Positions 45,677 to 54,817 of a stretch of 64,000 nucleotides of DNA are shown here, in pieces (position 1 is the first letter of the stretch; each line of letters begins with the position of its first letter). A program made the position numbers and the translations under genes. The notes under the pieces are model-generated. The model ran no database searches. It was not told the origin of the DNA and saw only the letters and a program-made list of their open reading frames with translations. The stretch is from Klebsiella phage NU-KP11, in the sequence record OR644643.1; one strand, given 5' to 3'.

Positions 45677-45710
45677 TATTTATATACAAAAAATGGCCCG
45701 AAGGCCATTT
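45677..45710 (-). promoter_or_regulatory. terminator hairpin plus late promoter TATAAATA upstream of gene 34
   Basis: Minus strand reads aaatggccttcgggccattttttgTATATAAATAttgg, about 33 nt before the gp34 ATG. Confidence 0.6.
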
Positions 45711-45723
45711 AACTGATTATTTA

Positions 45724-46023
45724 TTACTTCCGAACCATCTTTTTATATTTCTTGATTGTTTCGTCTGTAATCTGGTTTCGCTTATATAGAGGGGTTACAC
45801 CGAACGCCTCAACACCACGTTCATTAAGGATCGTTGCTACGATTTCCTGTCTGATAAACCAGCGCTTAACCTTTTCCGGAAACTGTTCATTGATGCTTTT
45901 AAACAGTTTGGCTTCCCAACTATCCAACGTTTCAGGGTGGATAATATGATCAAACCCTTCCAGAAAATCAATAGTTGTTGCGTGAATAGCGTTTGCTACT
46001 TTGCGAATGTATTCTTTATTCAT
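45724..46023 (-). CDS. hypothetical protein (99 aa)
   Basis: ORF followed by a terminator hairpin at 45691-45710. Confidence 0.5.
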   Translation of the reverse strand: MNKEYIRKVANAIHATTIDFLEGFDHIIHPETLDSWEAKLFKSINEQFPEKVKRWFIRQEIVATILNERGVEAFGVTPLYKRNQITDETIKKYKKMVRK

Positions 46024-46295
46024 GCTTCACCCAAATACTCTTTCAATTGCATATAACCGCCAATAAAATTACCATCTACAAAGATCCGAGGGTAAGTAAA
46101 TGCCATGCTTCGACTACGAACACGTTTCGCTAACTCTTCAATGCGGGGCCGATCGTAATCAAACCCCACACTGTTATTTGCTGGCTTTAGAACAGAATAA
46201 AATTCGTATTCTAATCCATGCTCATCAAGTAATTTCCGAGCTTCAATACAACCATAACATTTATGAAGCGATTCGGGAATACCGTAAATCTCGAT
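46020..46295 (-). CDS. glutaredoxin-like protein
   Basis: HKCYGCIEARKLL...PRIFVDGNFIGGYMQLKEY shows the glutaredoxin fold signature (CxxC, then P.IF..G..IGG). Start taken at the internal ATG (MKIEIYG). Confidence 0.65.
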   Translation of the reverse strand: MEIYGIPESLHKCYGCIEARKLLDEHGLEYEFYSVLKPANNSVGFDYDRPRIEELAKRVRSRSMAFTYPRIFVDGNFIGGYMQLKEYLGEA

Positions 46296-46929
46296 TTTCA
46301 TCAATTGCTTTCCTTCGTGCCGGAGTGATTTTGCTAATGATATCTTTCTTTGTATCAGAAAGCATACGCTCAATCAATTCCACCGCTTCAAGTTGTTGAT
46401 GCAGAGAAAGAAGGTTAATGATTTCCTTTTTCTGTTCATCAATAGCAGCTTCCTTGTCAATCGCGTACAGCTTATTATCACCGAAAACATGCTGTAATGC
46501 AAATTCAAGTGCCTGTGAATCAGTCGGCGCTGGTAGTACAGAAATCGAAGTGATCCGCTTGACAAAAGGATAATCAAATCGCAGATCATTGATATCTTGT
46601 TGAACAGGTTTTACAGTCATCCACATTTTAGGATCGGAAGATACAAAATTTAAAACAGGCGCGGCGACTTCTTCTTTAGTAGCGATCTTCGGTTCTTCTT
46701 CCGGCAAATCATATGCTTTGAAGTATTTCCAGATATGGCTAGGGATCTCATATTCGAAATCATCTTGCAGAACATAAGCAATGTCCTCAGTATCCCCAAT
46801 CGCAATACGATCGATTGTGATATAGCCGTTGTTTTTGATCAATTCAGCTAAAGCATTTCGCCAGGTTTTTTCTGCAAATTCTTTAGCGTCGATGTTCAGG
46901 GTATAAGATTTACCTTCTAATAATTCCAT
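46261..46929 (-). CDS. hypothetical protein (222 aa)
   Basis: ORF with no family recognised. Confidence 0.5.
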   Translation of the reverse strand: MELLEGKSYTLNIDAKEFAEKTWRNALAELIKNNGYITIDRIAIGDTEDIAYVLQDDFEYEIPSHIWKYFKAYDLPEEEPKIATKEEVAAPVLNFVSSDPKMWMTVKPVQQDINDLRFDYPFVKRITSISVLPAPTDSQALEFALQHVFGDNKLYAIDKEAAIDEQKKEIINLLSLHQQLEAVELIERMLSDTKKDIISKITPARRKAIDENRDLRYSRIAS

Positions 46930-46947
46930 GTGTCACCTCATAAAAAA

Positions 46948-46963
46948 GGGTGCCGGAGCACCC
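46948..46963 (-). terminator. terminator hairpin after gene 46972-47946
   Basis: gggtgccggagcaccc followed by a T-run on the minus strand. Confidence 0.55.
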
Positions 46964-46971
46964 AGTTTAAT

Positions 46972-47946
46972 TTACTTGCTTACTTCTGCTACTTTTCGAG
47001 CAGCTTTGCGAACCAGGTCGGAAGCAGTACGCAGATTTTGAAGCGCGTCATCATGGGCTTTAACCGCTTCTTCAAGCTGTGCCATTGCTTTTGCGATTTC
47101 TTCTTTCTTAGCCGCTTCGTCTACGTTGATAGCGATAGTGCTATTACCGGAAACGCTAACAGGTTCATCAACAGTTCCGGTCGCCAGTTCACGGAAGAAC
47201 GAACGTTCAGAATCAACCAGATAGTAACCAACTTTTCCGGTCGGGGAATCAATGGTCTCTACCGTTTTGCTCAATTGATGATGTCCGTGTGCATTTGTAT
47301 GGTAAACGGTGTATACACCATTACTGTGTTCATCGGTATATGATTTGATCCCGTTGTTAGCACCACAACGATTTTTAAATTGCTGCGGTTTAACCAGAAC
47401 ATACGAACGGCCTTCAACAAATTTAGTCGGATCCAGTTCAACCGATATTGCCGAACCACCATCAAGCATTTGATCAAGATCTGCGGTTACTGGTGCAACA
47501 GGCGCAACCGGAGCCGTAACGTTGGCTTTTTTCGGTTTAGCTTTCGTTTTCTTAACCGGAGCCGCGCCAACTTCGACGAAATAACGAGCTTCCCACGAAC
47601 GCAGAGAGCTAAAAGTCATTTCCGGAGTATGCTCAATTTTGAAAGTATCTGAATTGGTTTTCGAGATAATTTTTACCTCGTTATTCAGGAATTTTTCGAT
47701 CTGTCTCGCCTGGATAGTGTTTGCGGTGTTAGATCCGCCGTGTGAATTGGTAGTAAACCCTTCACGGTCAACCAGTTTGTAAGTTTTACCAACCACGAAC
47801 GTTTTCAGTTCATTTGCTTGAACTGTCCACGGGCAAGAACCGCGCCCTGTATTACGGATGGTTTTCAGGGGAATGTTCCACTTCCAGCAGTAGTTACGCG
47901 CTTCTTTACGGGTTTTGAAATTCAGGATCATGATATTATCTCTCAA
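46972..47946 (-). CDS. two-domain protein (324 aa) with Ala/Pro/Val/Lys-rich linker
   Basis: Two roughly 110-aa halves of similar composition, joined by AAPVKKTKAKPKKANVTAPVAPVAPV. Followed by a terminator hairpin. Confidence 0.5.
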   Translation of the reverse strand: MRDNIMILNFKTRKEARNYCWKWNIPLKTIRNTGRGSCPWTVQANELKTFVVGKTYKLVDREGFTTNSHGGSNTANTIQARQIEKFLNNEVKIISKTNSDTFKIEHTPEMTFSSLRSWEARYFVEVGAAPVKKTKAKPKKANVTAPVAPVAPVTADLDQMLDGGSAISVELDPTKFVEGRSYVLVKPQQFKNRCGANNGIKSYTDEHSNGVYTVYHTNAHGHHQLSKTVETIDSPTGKVGYYLVDSERSFFRELATGTVDEPVSVSGNSTIAINVDEAAKKEEIAKAMAQLEEAVKAHDDALQNLRTASDLVRKAARKVAEVSK

Positions 47947-48000
47947 TTAAAGTTAATCGTCATTTACGATGTGGTAAGATTACCATAGTTACACATTAGG

Positions 48001-48492
48001 TCAAGCAATATTTTTAATTTCTATCGAATTTTTAGCGAATTCGATCATACGTTGATTATCTGAACCGCGAAACGGCTTTTTAGTTGGTAAATCTTTTTCA
48101 TACTTACCATCAATCAGAACATCAATGTAAGGAAGTAGCTTAGAACGTTCTGGGTCGGCCTGTAAAGCCTCCAGGGTATATCCTGTCCATAACCATACGT
48201 TTTTCTTTGGAAGTTCCTTAGAAACGCGCTCAAGCAGTTTTAGGATAGTAGGATAGTTGTCACGGTAAAGCGGATCGCCGCCAGTTAATGTAAGTCCATC
48301 AACATGCGGATTACTCAACAGAGAAATCAGATGATTTTCTGTCTCTTCCGTGTACGGTGTTCCGTTGCAAGGGTTCCACGTCGATTTGTTATAGCAACCT
48401 TCGCATTTATGATTGCATCCAGTCACAAACAAAACAACACGGATCCCTTTTCCGTTGACCACATCCATATTATAGATGCGGTCGTAATTCAT
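48001..48492 (-). CDS. nrdG: anaerobic ribonucleotide reductase activating protein NrdG (radical SAM)
   Basis: 163 aa. Cluster GCNHKCEGCYN (CxxxCxxC) near the N-terminus. Confidence 0.85.
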   Translation of the reverse strand: MNYDRIYNMDVVNGKGIRVVLFVTGCNHKCEGCYNKSTWNPCNGTPYTEETENHLISLLSNPHVDGLTLTGGDPLYRDNYPTILKLLERVSKELPKKNVWLWTGYTLEALQADPERSKLLPYIDVLIDGKYEKDLPTKKPFRGSDNQRMIEFAKNSIEIKNIA

Positions 48493-49016
48493 GCTTTTTC
48501 ACCAAACAGACGTTCTCTGATCGCTTCGTCAATAATGTCTGGGAACTGAGTGTTAACCCGTTGCATTACTGCTTTGCGTACAGTAACTTCCAGGTTATTC
48601 GAGACGCGAGCGATAAACGCGGCTTCGTCTGCAATAATGTTTTCTGTTGCATGAGCAATCGCCTCTTTCTCGATATCTTTAAGAATGGTTTGGCATTGCT
48701 GTTTTACCGATTCTTTGATTTTACCAGACAGTTCGCGAATATTGCCATAGTTGACATCGAAAACATTCGAATAACCATAACGTTTTTCGACGTAATCCGA
48801 GAATTCAGATTTGATGATCTGTGTAATTTCGGATGAGTTCGGCATTAGAACAGCTAACTGTTCCTGGATCCGTTTGTTGATTTCTTCGCTAACACGCTTA
48901 CCAACTACGCTATTCACCACGTTTTTGATGATAGCAGATTGGAGATCTACGCGGGCGGTTGAACCTTCCGGAAACAGGCTTAACACCGCATTTGTGTCTA
49001 ATTTCAGTTGAATCAT
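48489..49016 (-). CDS. hypothetical protein (175 aa)
   Basis: ORF with an ATGA overlap. Confidence 0.5.
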   Translation of the reverse strand: MIQLKLDTNAVLSLFPEGSTARVDLQSAIIKNVVNSVVGKRVSEEINKRIQEQLAVLMPNSSEITQIIKSEFSDYVEKRYGYSNVFDVNYGNIRELSGKIKESVKQQCQTILKDIEKEAIAHATENIIADEAAFIARVSNNLEVTVRKAVMQRVNTQFPDIIDEAIRERLFGEKA

Positions 49017-49228
49017 TTCATGTTACCTTTCTTCACGAGGATCAGTTCTTTGATCCGTTCAACAATAACGATGTATTCCCATTTAGCTAACTTTTGGGTA
49101 TCACACCACTTTTGAAACTCTTTCATAGCCTCTAAGTGACCTTTACTCCAGTACATTTCTGCAATTTCGTTGCAAAGAGTTTCAGTAGCAGTGTTTTTGA
49201 TTTTCATAACATCCTCCTTAGTTGACAA
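49013..49228 (-). CDS. hypothetical protein (71 aa)
   Basis: ORF with an RBS aaggagga. Confidence 0.45.
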   Translation of the reverse strand: MSTKEDVMKIKNTATETLCNEIAEMYWSKGHLEAMKEFQKWCDTQKLAKWEYIVIVERIKELILVKKGNMK

Positions 49229-49267
49229 GAAGGATGTTACTACATTCAGATATACAGGTCAATACTT

Positions 49268-49519
49268 TTATGGATAATATTGAATGAAAAATGAAGGATG
49301 TCCTTCATAGTTCACATCAACAGCACCAATTTTAACGATTGCATCGCGGCGGGTAGCCTCTTCGACAATCTGATCGGTTAGGCTTACAATCTCACCGGAT
49401 ACCCAATGCAATTTGTGTTCCGGATCTGTAGCCCCACAGAAAAACAGTTCGATTTCGTTAGCTTCCAGTTCACAGCGTAGATAGTTCAAATTACGTGAAT
49501 TTGTTTTGTTGAAAATCAT
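49268..49519 (-). CDS. hypothetical protein (83 aa)
   Basis: ORF. Confidence 0.45.
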   Translation of the reverse strand: MIFNKTNSRNLNYLRCELEANEIELFFCGATDPEHKLHWVSGEIVSLTDQIVEEATRRDAIVKIGAVDVNYEGHPSFFIQYYP

Positions 49520-49528
49520 AATTTATAC

Positions 49529-50041
49529 CTATTTCAATAGTTTACCGCGTAGATAATCAGGAGCTTTTAAAATTTTCCCGTCGTCTACATACCCAACTTC
49601 AATTAAATCATCAATTAGATTGATAGATTCCCCAGATGCTGCATAGAATTGCAACCTTCTTTTCTTTACGATAGCCATATAAACATGATTATACGTAGGA
49701 GTCATTCTCTTAACAACACCAATCATACAGAGTCTGTTAAGGCATCCAGTATAAGATCGGCCCGTTGCTTTTGAGTAATCTTCCAGGCTTCCGCGTGGTA
49801 TAGCAGAAACAAGATCCTTGTAGTCTTTTCGTTTCCACGTCCGACCAACCGCACATTTTGTTACACCGTCAGCCATTTTAGAATTTGGGTGCTTCTCATC
49901 TTCACGCATCTTTTTATCTTCAAGAAATTTCTGAAATCGAATTTCTTCGAGATAGTCAATAGCGTTCTGAAAACGATTTTGTCTCTTCTCGCGTTCAACA
50001 ATACGGGAAGGAAATAACTTATCAAGGATCTTGCTAATCAT
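49529..50041 (-). CDS. hypothetical basic protein (170 aa)
   Basis: ORF. Confidence 0.45.
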   Translation of the reverse strand: MISKILDKLFPSRIVEREKRQNRFQNAIDYLEEIRFQKFLEDKKMREDEKHPNSKMADGVTKCAVGRTWKRKDYKDLVSAIPRGSLEDYSKATGRSYTGCLNRLCMIGVVKRMTPTYNHVYMAIVKKRRLQFYAASGESINLIDDLIEVGYVDDGKILKAPDYLRGKLLK

Positions 50042-50247
50042 TTTATATCATCCCGAATCGAATCAAGAACAATGTAATCTATCCCATTCACTCGTTTACC
50101 ACTGGGTTTACGATAGCGAATGTTACGGCCTTTCATATCAGTTGCTTTTGAAATGTAGAATGACTTTGTTTCACGTAGCCATTCACTCCATTCCTGATAT
50201 GAATTCCCGACATTTCGACGCACTTTAGCGTATAACGGAAACATCAC
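50038..50247 (-). CDS. hypothetical protein (69 aa)
   Basis: ORF with an ATGA overlap. Confidence 0.4.
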   Translation of the reverse strand: MMFPLYAKVRRNVGNSYQEWSEWLRETKSFYISKATDMKGRNIRYRKPSGKRVNGIDYIVLDSIRDDIK

Positions 50248-50741
50248 AAAGCCTTTAATTTAGCAAGGGTTGATTTATGAAAATCAACTTGTTTTTCTGA
50301 ATTTTTCAGATTGCGTTCAGCTTCCCGGATCAGGTAATTCCGGCGAGAGCGCAACAAGTTGAGAACATCTTTCGCTTTACGGGCGCGTTTACCGAACAGA
50401 TGACAAGTACCGAGATTGTCAAGCATGTTCAGGAGATCATAGATTTCCTTTGCTTCGTCCTCTTTTGGTAATAACGGTTTCTCTTTAACAACAACGTGTT
50501 TTTTGAATAATTCACGATCGCTATTAGTAAAAATGTAAGATTCTGATTCAAACTTTGTACCAAAGTAATCAGTAAACCCTTTAACACCGAATACGTCATA
50601 CTCAGTAACTTTAATAGGAAATACTACCTTAGACAAATCATTAGCCGAGAACGAACCGCCACGAATAGCTAAGTTTCGGTATGCAGTCCCAAAGCACGTA
50701 TCATCACGAAAAACAAATTTATCTTTTGTCCAATACATCAT
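50244..50741 (-). CDS. hypothetical protein (165 aa)
   Basis: ORF with an ATGA overlap. Confidence 0.45.
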   Translation of the reverse strand: MMYWTKDKFVFRDDTCFGTAYRNLAIRGGSFSANDLSKVVFPIKVTEYDVFGVKGFTDYFGTKFESESYIFTNSDRELFKKHVVVKEKPLLPKEDEAKEIYDLLNMLDNLGTCHLFGKRARKAKDVLNLLRSRRNYLIREAERNLKNSEKQVDFHKSTLAKLKAL

Positions 50742-50980
50742 AAAGCCCTCAATTTTGCGCCGCTAATGAGAACATCTTTCATTTGTTTTGCGGTGCGGAT
50801 AGTAGTTGCCAGTTCTAAAGAGACATCATTACGATATGCTGTGCCGTCTTCACACAGAACCAAACCAGGACGGCCCTTGATAGGGTTGATGACTTCAACG
50901 CGAGTTGGATGATTTTCAACTTTGTAGCCTAATGCAAACGCACATGCTACTACATCGGTCATTTTCTTAGTCAGTTTCAT
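50738..50980 (-). CDS. hypothetical protein (80 aa)
   Basis: Strong RBS aaaggagacagatt before the ATG at 50980. Reverse-oriented terminator/promoter module at 51005-51042 upstream. The track start 51016 is TTG. Confidence 0.55.
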   Translation of the reverse strand: MKLTKKMTDVVACAFALGYKVENHPTRVEVINPIKGRPGLVLCEDGTAYRNDVSLELATTIRTAKQMKDVLISGAKLRAL

Positions 50981-51004
50981 AATCTGTCTCCTTTTTCGAT
51001 AGGC

Positions 51005-51042
51005 CCAATATAACAAAAGCCCTCAACCGAAGTCAAGGGCTT
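51005..51042 (-). promoter_or_regulatory. reverse-oriented copy of the fused terminator/promoter module (terminates nrdD, promotes 50738-50980)
   Basis: Minus strand reads aaaaagcccttgacttcggttgagggcttttgttatattggg, nearly identical to 20094-20130. Confidence 0.65.
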
Positions 51043-51047
51043 TTTGA

Positions 51048-53171
51048 TTAATTTTGATGCTTAATGCGATGCATCATTTCTTTGTTCTTACCTTCGTTGA
51101 ACCCACGGACAGCAGGAGCACCCAAATAGCCGCATGTACGGCGCGTGACGCTCATTTTTTCCGGATCATGGTTCCCACAATGGGTACAATGAAAACCGTC
51201 TTCTGTTGGCTTAAATTCATCATCAGAGCCACACTCAAAGCATTTATCAACCGGAAGGTTAGTTCCGAAGTAGTCCAGTTTATCCATTGCATAATCCCAG
51301 ACTTTTTCAAGGGCTTCCAGGTTGTTTTTCATATCAGGGAATTCTACATAGCTGATATGACCAGCAGTAGCGATGTAATGATAATCGGCTTCATAGTCGA
51401 TTTTCTCGAACGGTGTTACCTTGCGGTCAACGTCCAGATGAAAACTGTTAGTGTACCAGCCTTTATCTGTGATCCCTTTGATACTTCCGAATTTCTCATA
51501 GTCCAGTTTGCAGAAACGATGACATAGAGATTCAGCAGGGGTTGAATACAGACTAAACCCAAATCCGGTTTTCTTTTTCCATGCTTCGGTCGCAGCGCGT
51601 AGATATTCCAGAATCAGTCTACCCATGTTCTGAGAACCGATCCTGTCGAATGGGTGTTGTCCAGATCCGAAAAGCATCAGAGTTTCATGCAATCCGATGT
51701 ATCCCAGACTGATAGAACTACGTCCATTTTTGAACAGTTCCAGAATTTCATCATCAGGTTTCAACCGTACACCAAACGCACCTTCTGTATAAAGGATCGG
51801 GGCTACACTGGCTTTAACACCTCTGAGACTATCAATACGAGTCATCAGGGCTTCAAAACACAGTTCCAGACGTTCATCAAGGATACGCCAAAATGCATCA
51901 TGCGCGTCTTCATCTTCCTGTGCTTCGGCTTCAATCGCAATACGAGGAAGGTTGATCGTCACAACGCCCAGGTTATTACGTCCATCAAGAATTTCATTAC
52001 CGTGCTCATCATGCCACACACTAAGGAAACTACGACAACCCATAGGAGATACAGGAATGCTAGAGCCAGTAATACGACGGTTATTAGCCGCGCTAATAAT
52101 ATCCGGATACATACGTTTTGAAGCACATTCCAGGGCCAATTTCTTAATATCATAGTTTCTGTCTTCCGGATTAAGGTTAACCCCTTTTTCCATAAACATA
52201 ACCAGTTTTGGGAATACAGGGGTAATGCCCTTTTTACCCAGTCCACGAATACGGTTTTTCAGAATCGCTTTCTGGATCATGCGTTCGCGCCAACCAGTAC
52301 CCATACCGAAAGTGATCGTGACAAAAGGCGTCTGTCCATTTGCAGTATGTAAGGTGTTTACTTCATATTCGTATGACTGGAACGCATCGAATACATCCTT
52401 TTCCGTTTTTTCCATCGCATACTGTTTTGATTTAGGAACCCCGTACCAAACAGCATCTTTAAAGTGTTTGTTGTACGTCATTTCAACGTAAGGGGCCAGC
52501 ACCTGATCGACATTTGCAAAGGTTGTCCCGCCGTACTGGTGAGAAGCAATCTGTGCGGTGATCTGAGCCATAAGAGCAGTAGCAACACCGATTGATTTAG
52601 GCGGTTCGATATCAGCGTTACCCATCCGGAACCCGTTTTCTAACATGCCTTTCAGGTCAACAAGACAGCAGTTAGTGTATGGGGTGAACGGGCTGTAATC
52701 CAGATCGTGATAATGAATATCACCGGAATCATGCGCCGCAACAATATGTTTCGGTAGAATATGGTTACGCGCCATATGTTTAGAAACGATACCAGCCAGA
52801 AGATCGCGTTTAGTCGGGAATACGCGAGAATCTTTGTTTGCGTTTTCGTTGGTTAATTCTTTGTTACTAAGAGTCATCAAACCCTTGATATCACGGAATA
52901 ATTTTCCGTTTTGTTCACGGGCGATATCACGATCATGACGATATTCGATATATGCACGGGCAACAGTCGGATTTGTCTTCATTAAAGATTCTTCAACAAG
53001 TTCTTGAATTTGTGAAATCTTCATTGCTTTACCGTTGCGGATCTGACTACGCAACACAAGCATAATCGCACTGTCTTCATCCGTCATCGTACCGCCAGCT
53101 TTATACACAGCATTACGAATTTTTTCTTTATCGAAATCGACGATTGTTCCGTCGCGTTTTTCTACTTTCAT
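51048..53171 (-). CDS. nrdD: anaerobic ribonucleoside-triphosphate reductase NrdD (class III, glycyl radical)
   Basis: 707 aa. Glycyl-radical motif TRRTCGYLG and the C-terminal Zn-ribbon cysteines CFECG...CTHCG. ATP-cone-like N-terminus. Confidence 0.9.
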   Translation of the reverse strand: MKVEKRDGTIVDFDKEKIRNAVYKAGGTMTDEDSAIMLVLRSQIRNGKAMKISQIQELVEESLMKTNPTVARAYIEYRHDRDIAREQNGKLFRDIKGLMTLSNKELTNENANKDSRVFPTKRDLLAGIVSKHMARNHILPKHIVAAHDSGDIHYHDLDYSPFTPYTNCCLVDLKGMLENGFRMGNADIEPPKSIGVATALMAQITAQIASHQYGGTTFANVDQVLAPYVEMTYNKHFKDAVWYGVPKSKQYAMEKTEKDVFDAFQSYEYEVNTLHTANGQTPFVTITFGMGTGWRERMIQKAILKNRIRGLGKKGITPVFPKLVMFMEKGVNLNPEDRNYDIKKLALECASKRMYPDIISAANNRRITGSSIPVSPMGCRSFLSVWHDEHGNEILDGRNNLGVVTINLPRIAIEAEAQEDEDAHDAFWRILDERLELCFEALMTRIDSLRGVKASVAPILYTEGAFGVRLKPDDEILELFKNGRSSISLGYIGLHETLMLFGSGQHPFDRIGSQNMGRLILEYLRAATEAWKKKTGFGFSLYSTPAESLCHRFCKLDYEKFGSIKGITDKGWYTNSFHLDVDRKVTPFEKIDYEADYHYIATAGHISYVEFPDMKNNLEALEKVWDYAMDKLDYFGTNLPVDKCFECGSDDEFKPTEDGFHCTHCGNHDPEKMSVTRRTCGYLGAPAVRGFNEGKNKEMMHRIKHQN

Positions 53172-53650
53172 TTGGTTGCCTTCATTAATTGTCTTCTATA
53201 GCTCTTTGCTAAAGCCTTGCGATCCTCAGTTTCTGAGTACTCAAAGCCCATAGAAATCATTTCGGCTATCATATCCGATTTAGTAAGGCGTGTAAACCAT
53301 TTAACCTTATCGGGTATAAATTTGTCGTGCATACGGTTTTGTGAATAGTCGCGTTTGAGGTATGCTACCAGGCTTTCTAGCCATTCGATGTAATCAACAT
53401 CACGGGAAACCAGTCCAGAACGATTAAATTTGTGCTTTACAATACCTTCTGTACCGTTGCATAGGTTACATAGGAGGCCGCGCACACGTCCGGCATTAGA
53501 GCCAGATAGAGCATGATCATGGTCAAGGTGATGTTTTTCAAGGTCACCCTCTAAAGGGCGACCACATAACGCGCACAAGCCGTTTTGCTGTTCAAAAAGA
53601 GCTTGTTTAATGGATGGATAATCTTTCTTAGTAATACGTTTAGTGAGCAT
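53168..53650 (-). CDS. 49: endonuclease VII (Holliday junction resolvase gp49)
   Basis: About 160 aa. QQNGLCALCGRPLE...HLDHDH.LSG..AG.VRGLLCNLCNGTEGIVKHKFNRSG...DYIEWLESLVAYLK matches T4 gp49. The track start is TTG, so the ATG at 53650 is used. Confidence 0.9.
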   Translation of the reverse strand: MLTKRITKKDYPSIKQALFEQQNGLCALCGRPLEGDLEKHHLDHDHALSGSNAGRVRGLLCNLCNGTEGIVKHKFNRSGLVSRDVDYIEWLESLVAYLKRDYSQNRMHDKFIPDKVKWFTRLTKSDMIAEMISMGFEYSETEDRKALAKSYRRQLMKATK

Positions 53651-53681
53651 AATAACACCAATCAAATAAAGGTGTTAATAT

Positions 53682-53957
53682 TTATCCCAACGTGCGAACG
53701 TACTCACGCAGTTGGTCAAAGCCGCCGATGTGCTTACCATCGTGGAAAATTTGAGGCATGGTCAGTCTACGAGTACCCAACAGGCTTTCGAGTTCAGAAA
53801 TGACCGTTTCATTCAGGATCGGTTTGCCGTCTGCGTCTTTTTCATCGGCTACAGAAACAAACTCATATTCTTTTCGTTTTGCGTCCAGGAGACGTTTAGA
53901 ATTCAGGCATGGAGCGCAATTGTAAACAGAAGGGATATAACCAAAAATCTTAAACAT
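53682..53957 (-). CDS. nrdC: NrdC thioredoxin/glutaredoxin
   Basis: 91 aa. MFKIFGY....NCAPC.N.KRLL and MPQIFHDGKHIGGFDQLREY match T4 NrdC (MFKVYGY...CVYC; QVFAPDGSHIGGFDQLREYF). Confidence 0.88.
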   Translation of the reverse strand: MFKIFGYIPSVYNCAPCLNSKRLLDAKRKEYEFVSVADEKDADGKPILNETVISELESLLGTRRLTMPQIFHDGKHIGGFDQLREYVRTLG

Positions 53958-53965
53958 ATGTTACC

Positions 53966-54817
53966 TTACATTAAGTCATCCAGTGTTTCAGGGTATGTAT
54001 TTACGTCGCGTTTCTGATAGTTGCACACGTAGACTTCTTGCGTTTTATTTTGTTCGTAAGAATCAGTATGCTGGCCTAACAGATACTTTTTATCGAGGTT
54101 ATGCACATTATATTTTTGCATCCACTCGATCAGGATATCATTTTGCTTTCCTGCATGATGTGTAACGTTTGATAAACCAAACTTGATACCATCAGAGTTT
54201 AAATTATCGAGAAAATCATATAATTCATGCTCTCGTTCTTCGTTCCAGAATTTGTTATAAACTGCATCAGTGATCAGGTACGGCGGATCGCAGTACACAA
54301 AATCATTCAAACAGATATCAAGATCCTTAAACGATGCGCTAGAGAATTCAATTCCCCGAACATTATTTTTGAAGTGTTCAAACCGTTTAACGGTAGAATC
54401 ATTCAATGTTCTACAACCAAAATTGGCGTTAAAATCGCCTTTATCGTTGGTTCGATTAACATTACTAAACGAATGCAGGATTAGAACATAGAGCCATAGC
54501 GGATCCTTGTTCTTATTATATGCATCACGAAATGTGAGATACGCTTCTTTCTCGTTCTTACCCAGACCATACTGTTTAATCAATTCTCGCACCGGAGAGA
54601 GGTCAGGAAGCATTTGAAGGCGCTTATACATATCAATCAACGTCCGATCGTAATCGTTGCTTAGAACGGGTTTAGGGACGTTTAGTGACACACTCAACCC
54701 ACCACAAAAACAGTCGATGAATCGCATATAGCTGTTTCTGTCTGGAAATAATTTGAACAGTTCAGGAAGTAGCTTTTGCTTGTTTCCTGTGTATGGGATC
54801 ACACCATAATAACTCAT
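53966..54817 (-). CDS. dam: Dam DNA N6-adenine methyltransferase (T4 Dam-like, DPPY)
   Basis: 283 aa. YTGNKQKLLPEL, FCGGLSVSLNV, motif IV YCDPPYLITDAVYNKFWNEE and KFGLSNV, collinear with T4 Dam. Confidence 0.92.
   Translation of the reverse strand: MSYYGVIPYTGNKQKLLPELFKLFPDRNSYMRFIDCFCGGLSVSLNVPKPVLSNDYDRTLIDMYKRLQMLPDLSPVRELIKQYGLGKNEKEAYLTFRDAYNKNKDPLWLYVLILHSFSNVNRTNDKGDFNANFGCRTLNDSTVKRFEHFKNNVRGIEFSSASFKDLDICLNDFVYCDPPYLITDAVYNKFWNEEREHELYDFLDNLNSDGIKFGLSNVTHHAGKQNDILIEWMQKYNVHNLDKKYLLGQHTDSYEQNKTQEVYVCNYQKRDVNTYPETLDDLM

Noticed and set aside
45645-45689. TTG start proposed by the ORF track for gp34, and the GTG start 41883 for gp35
   Set aside because: Homologue alignment with T4 gp34 begins at the ATG at 45644, and the late promoter lies within the proposed extension. 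gp35 has an ATG at 41871 overlapping the gp34 stop.
51054-52155. Plus-strand ORFs of 157, 155 and 67 aa inside nrdD
   Set aside because: They are antisense to a well-conserved class III RNR gene.
51048-53171. Group I intron or intein in nrdD, gene 43, gene 41 or uvsX
   Set aside because: All are uninterrupted ORFs of expected length, with catalytic motifs in normal order.
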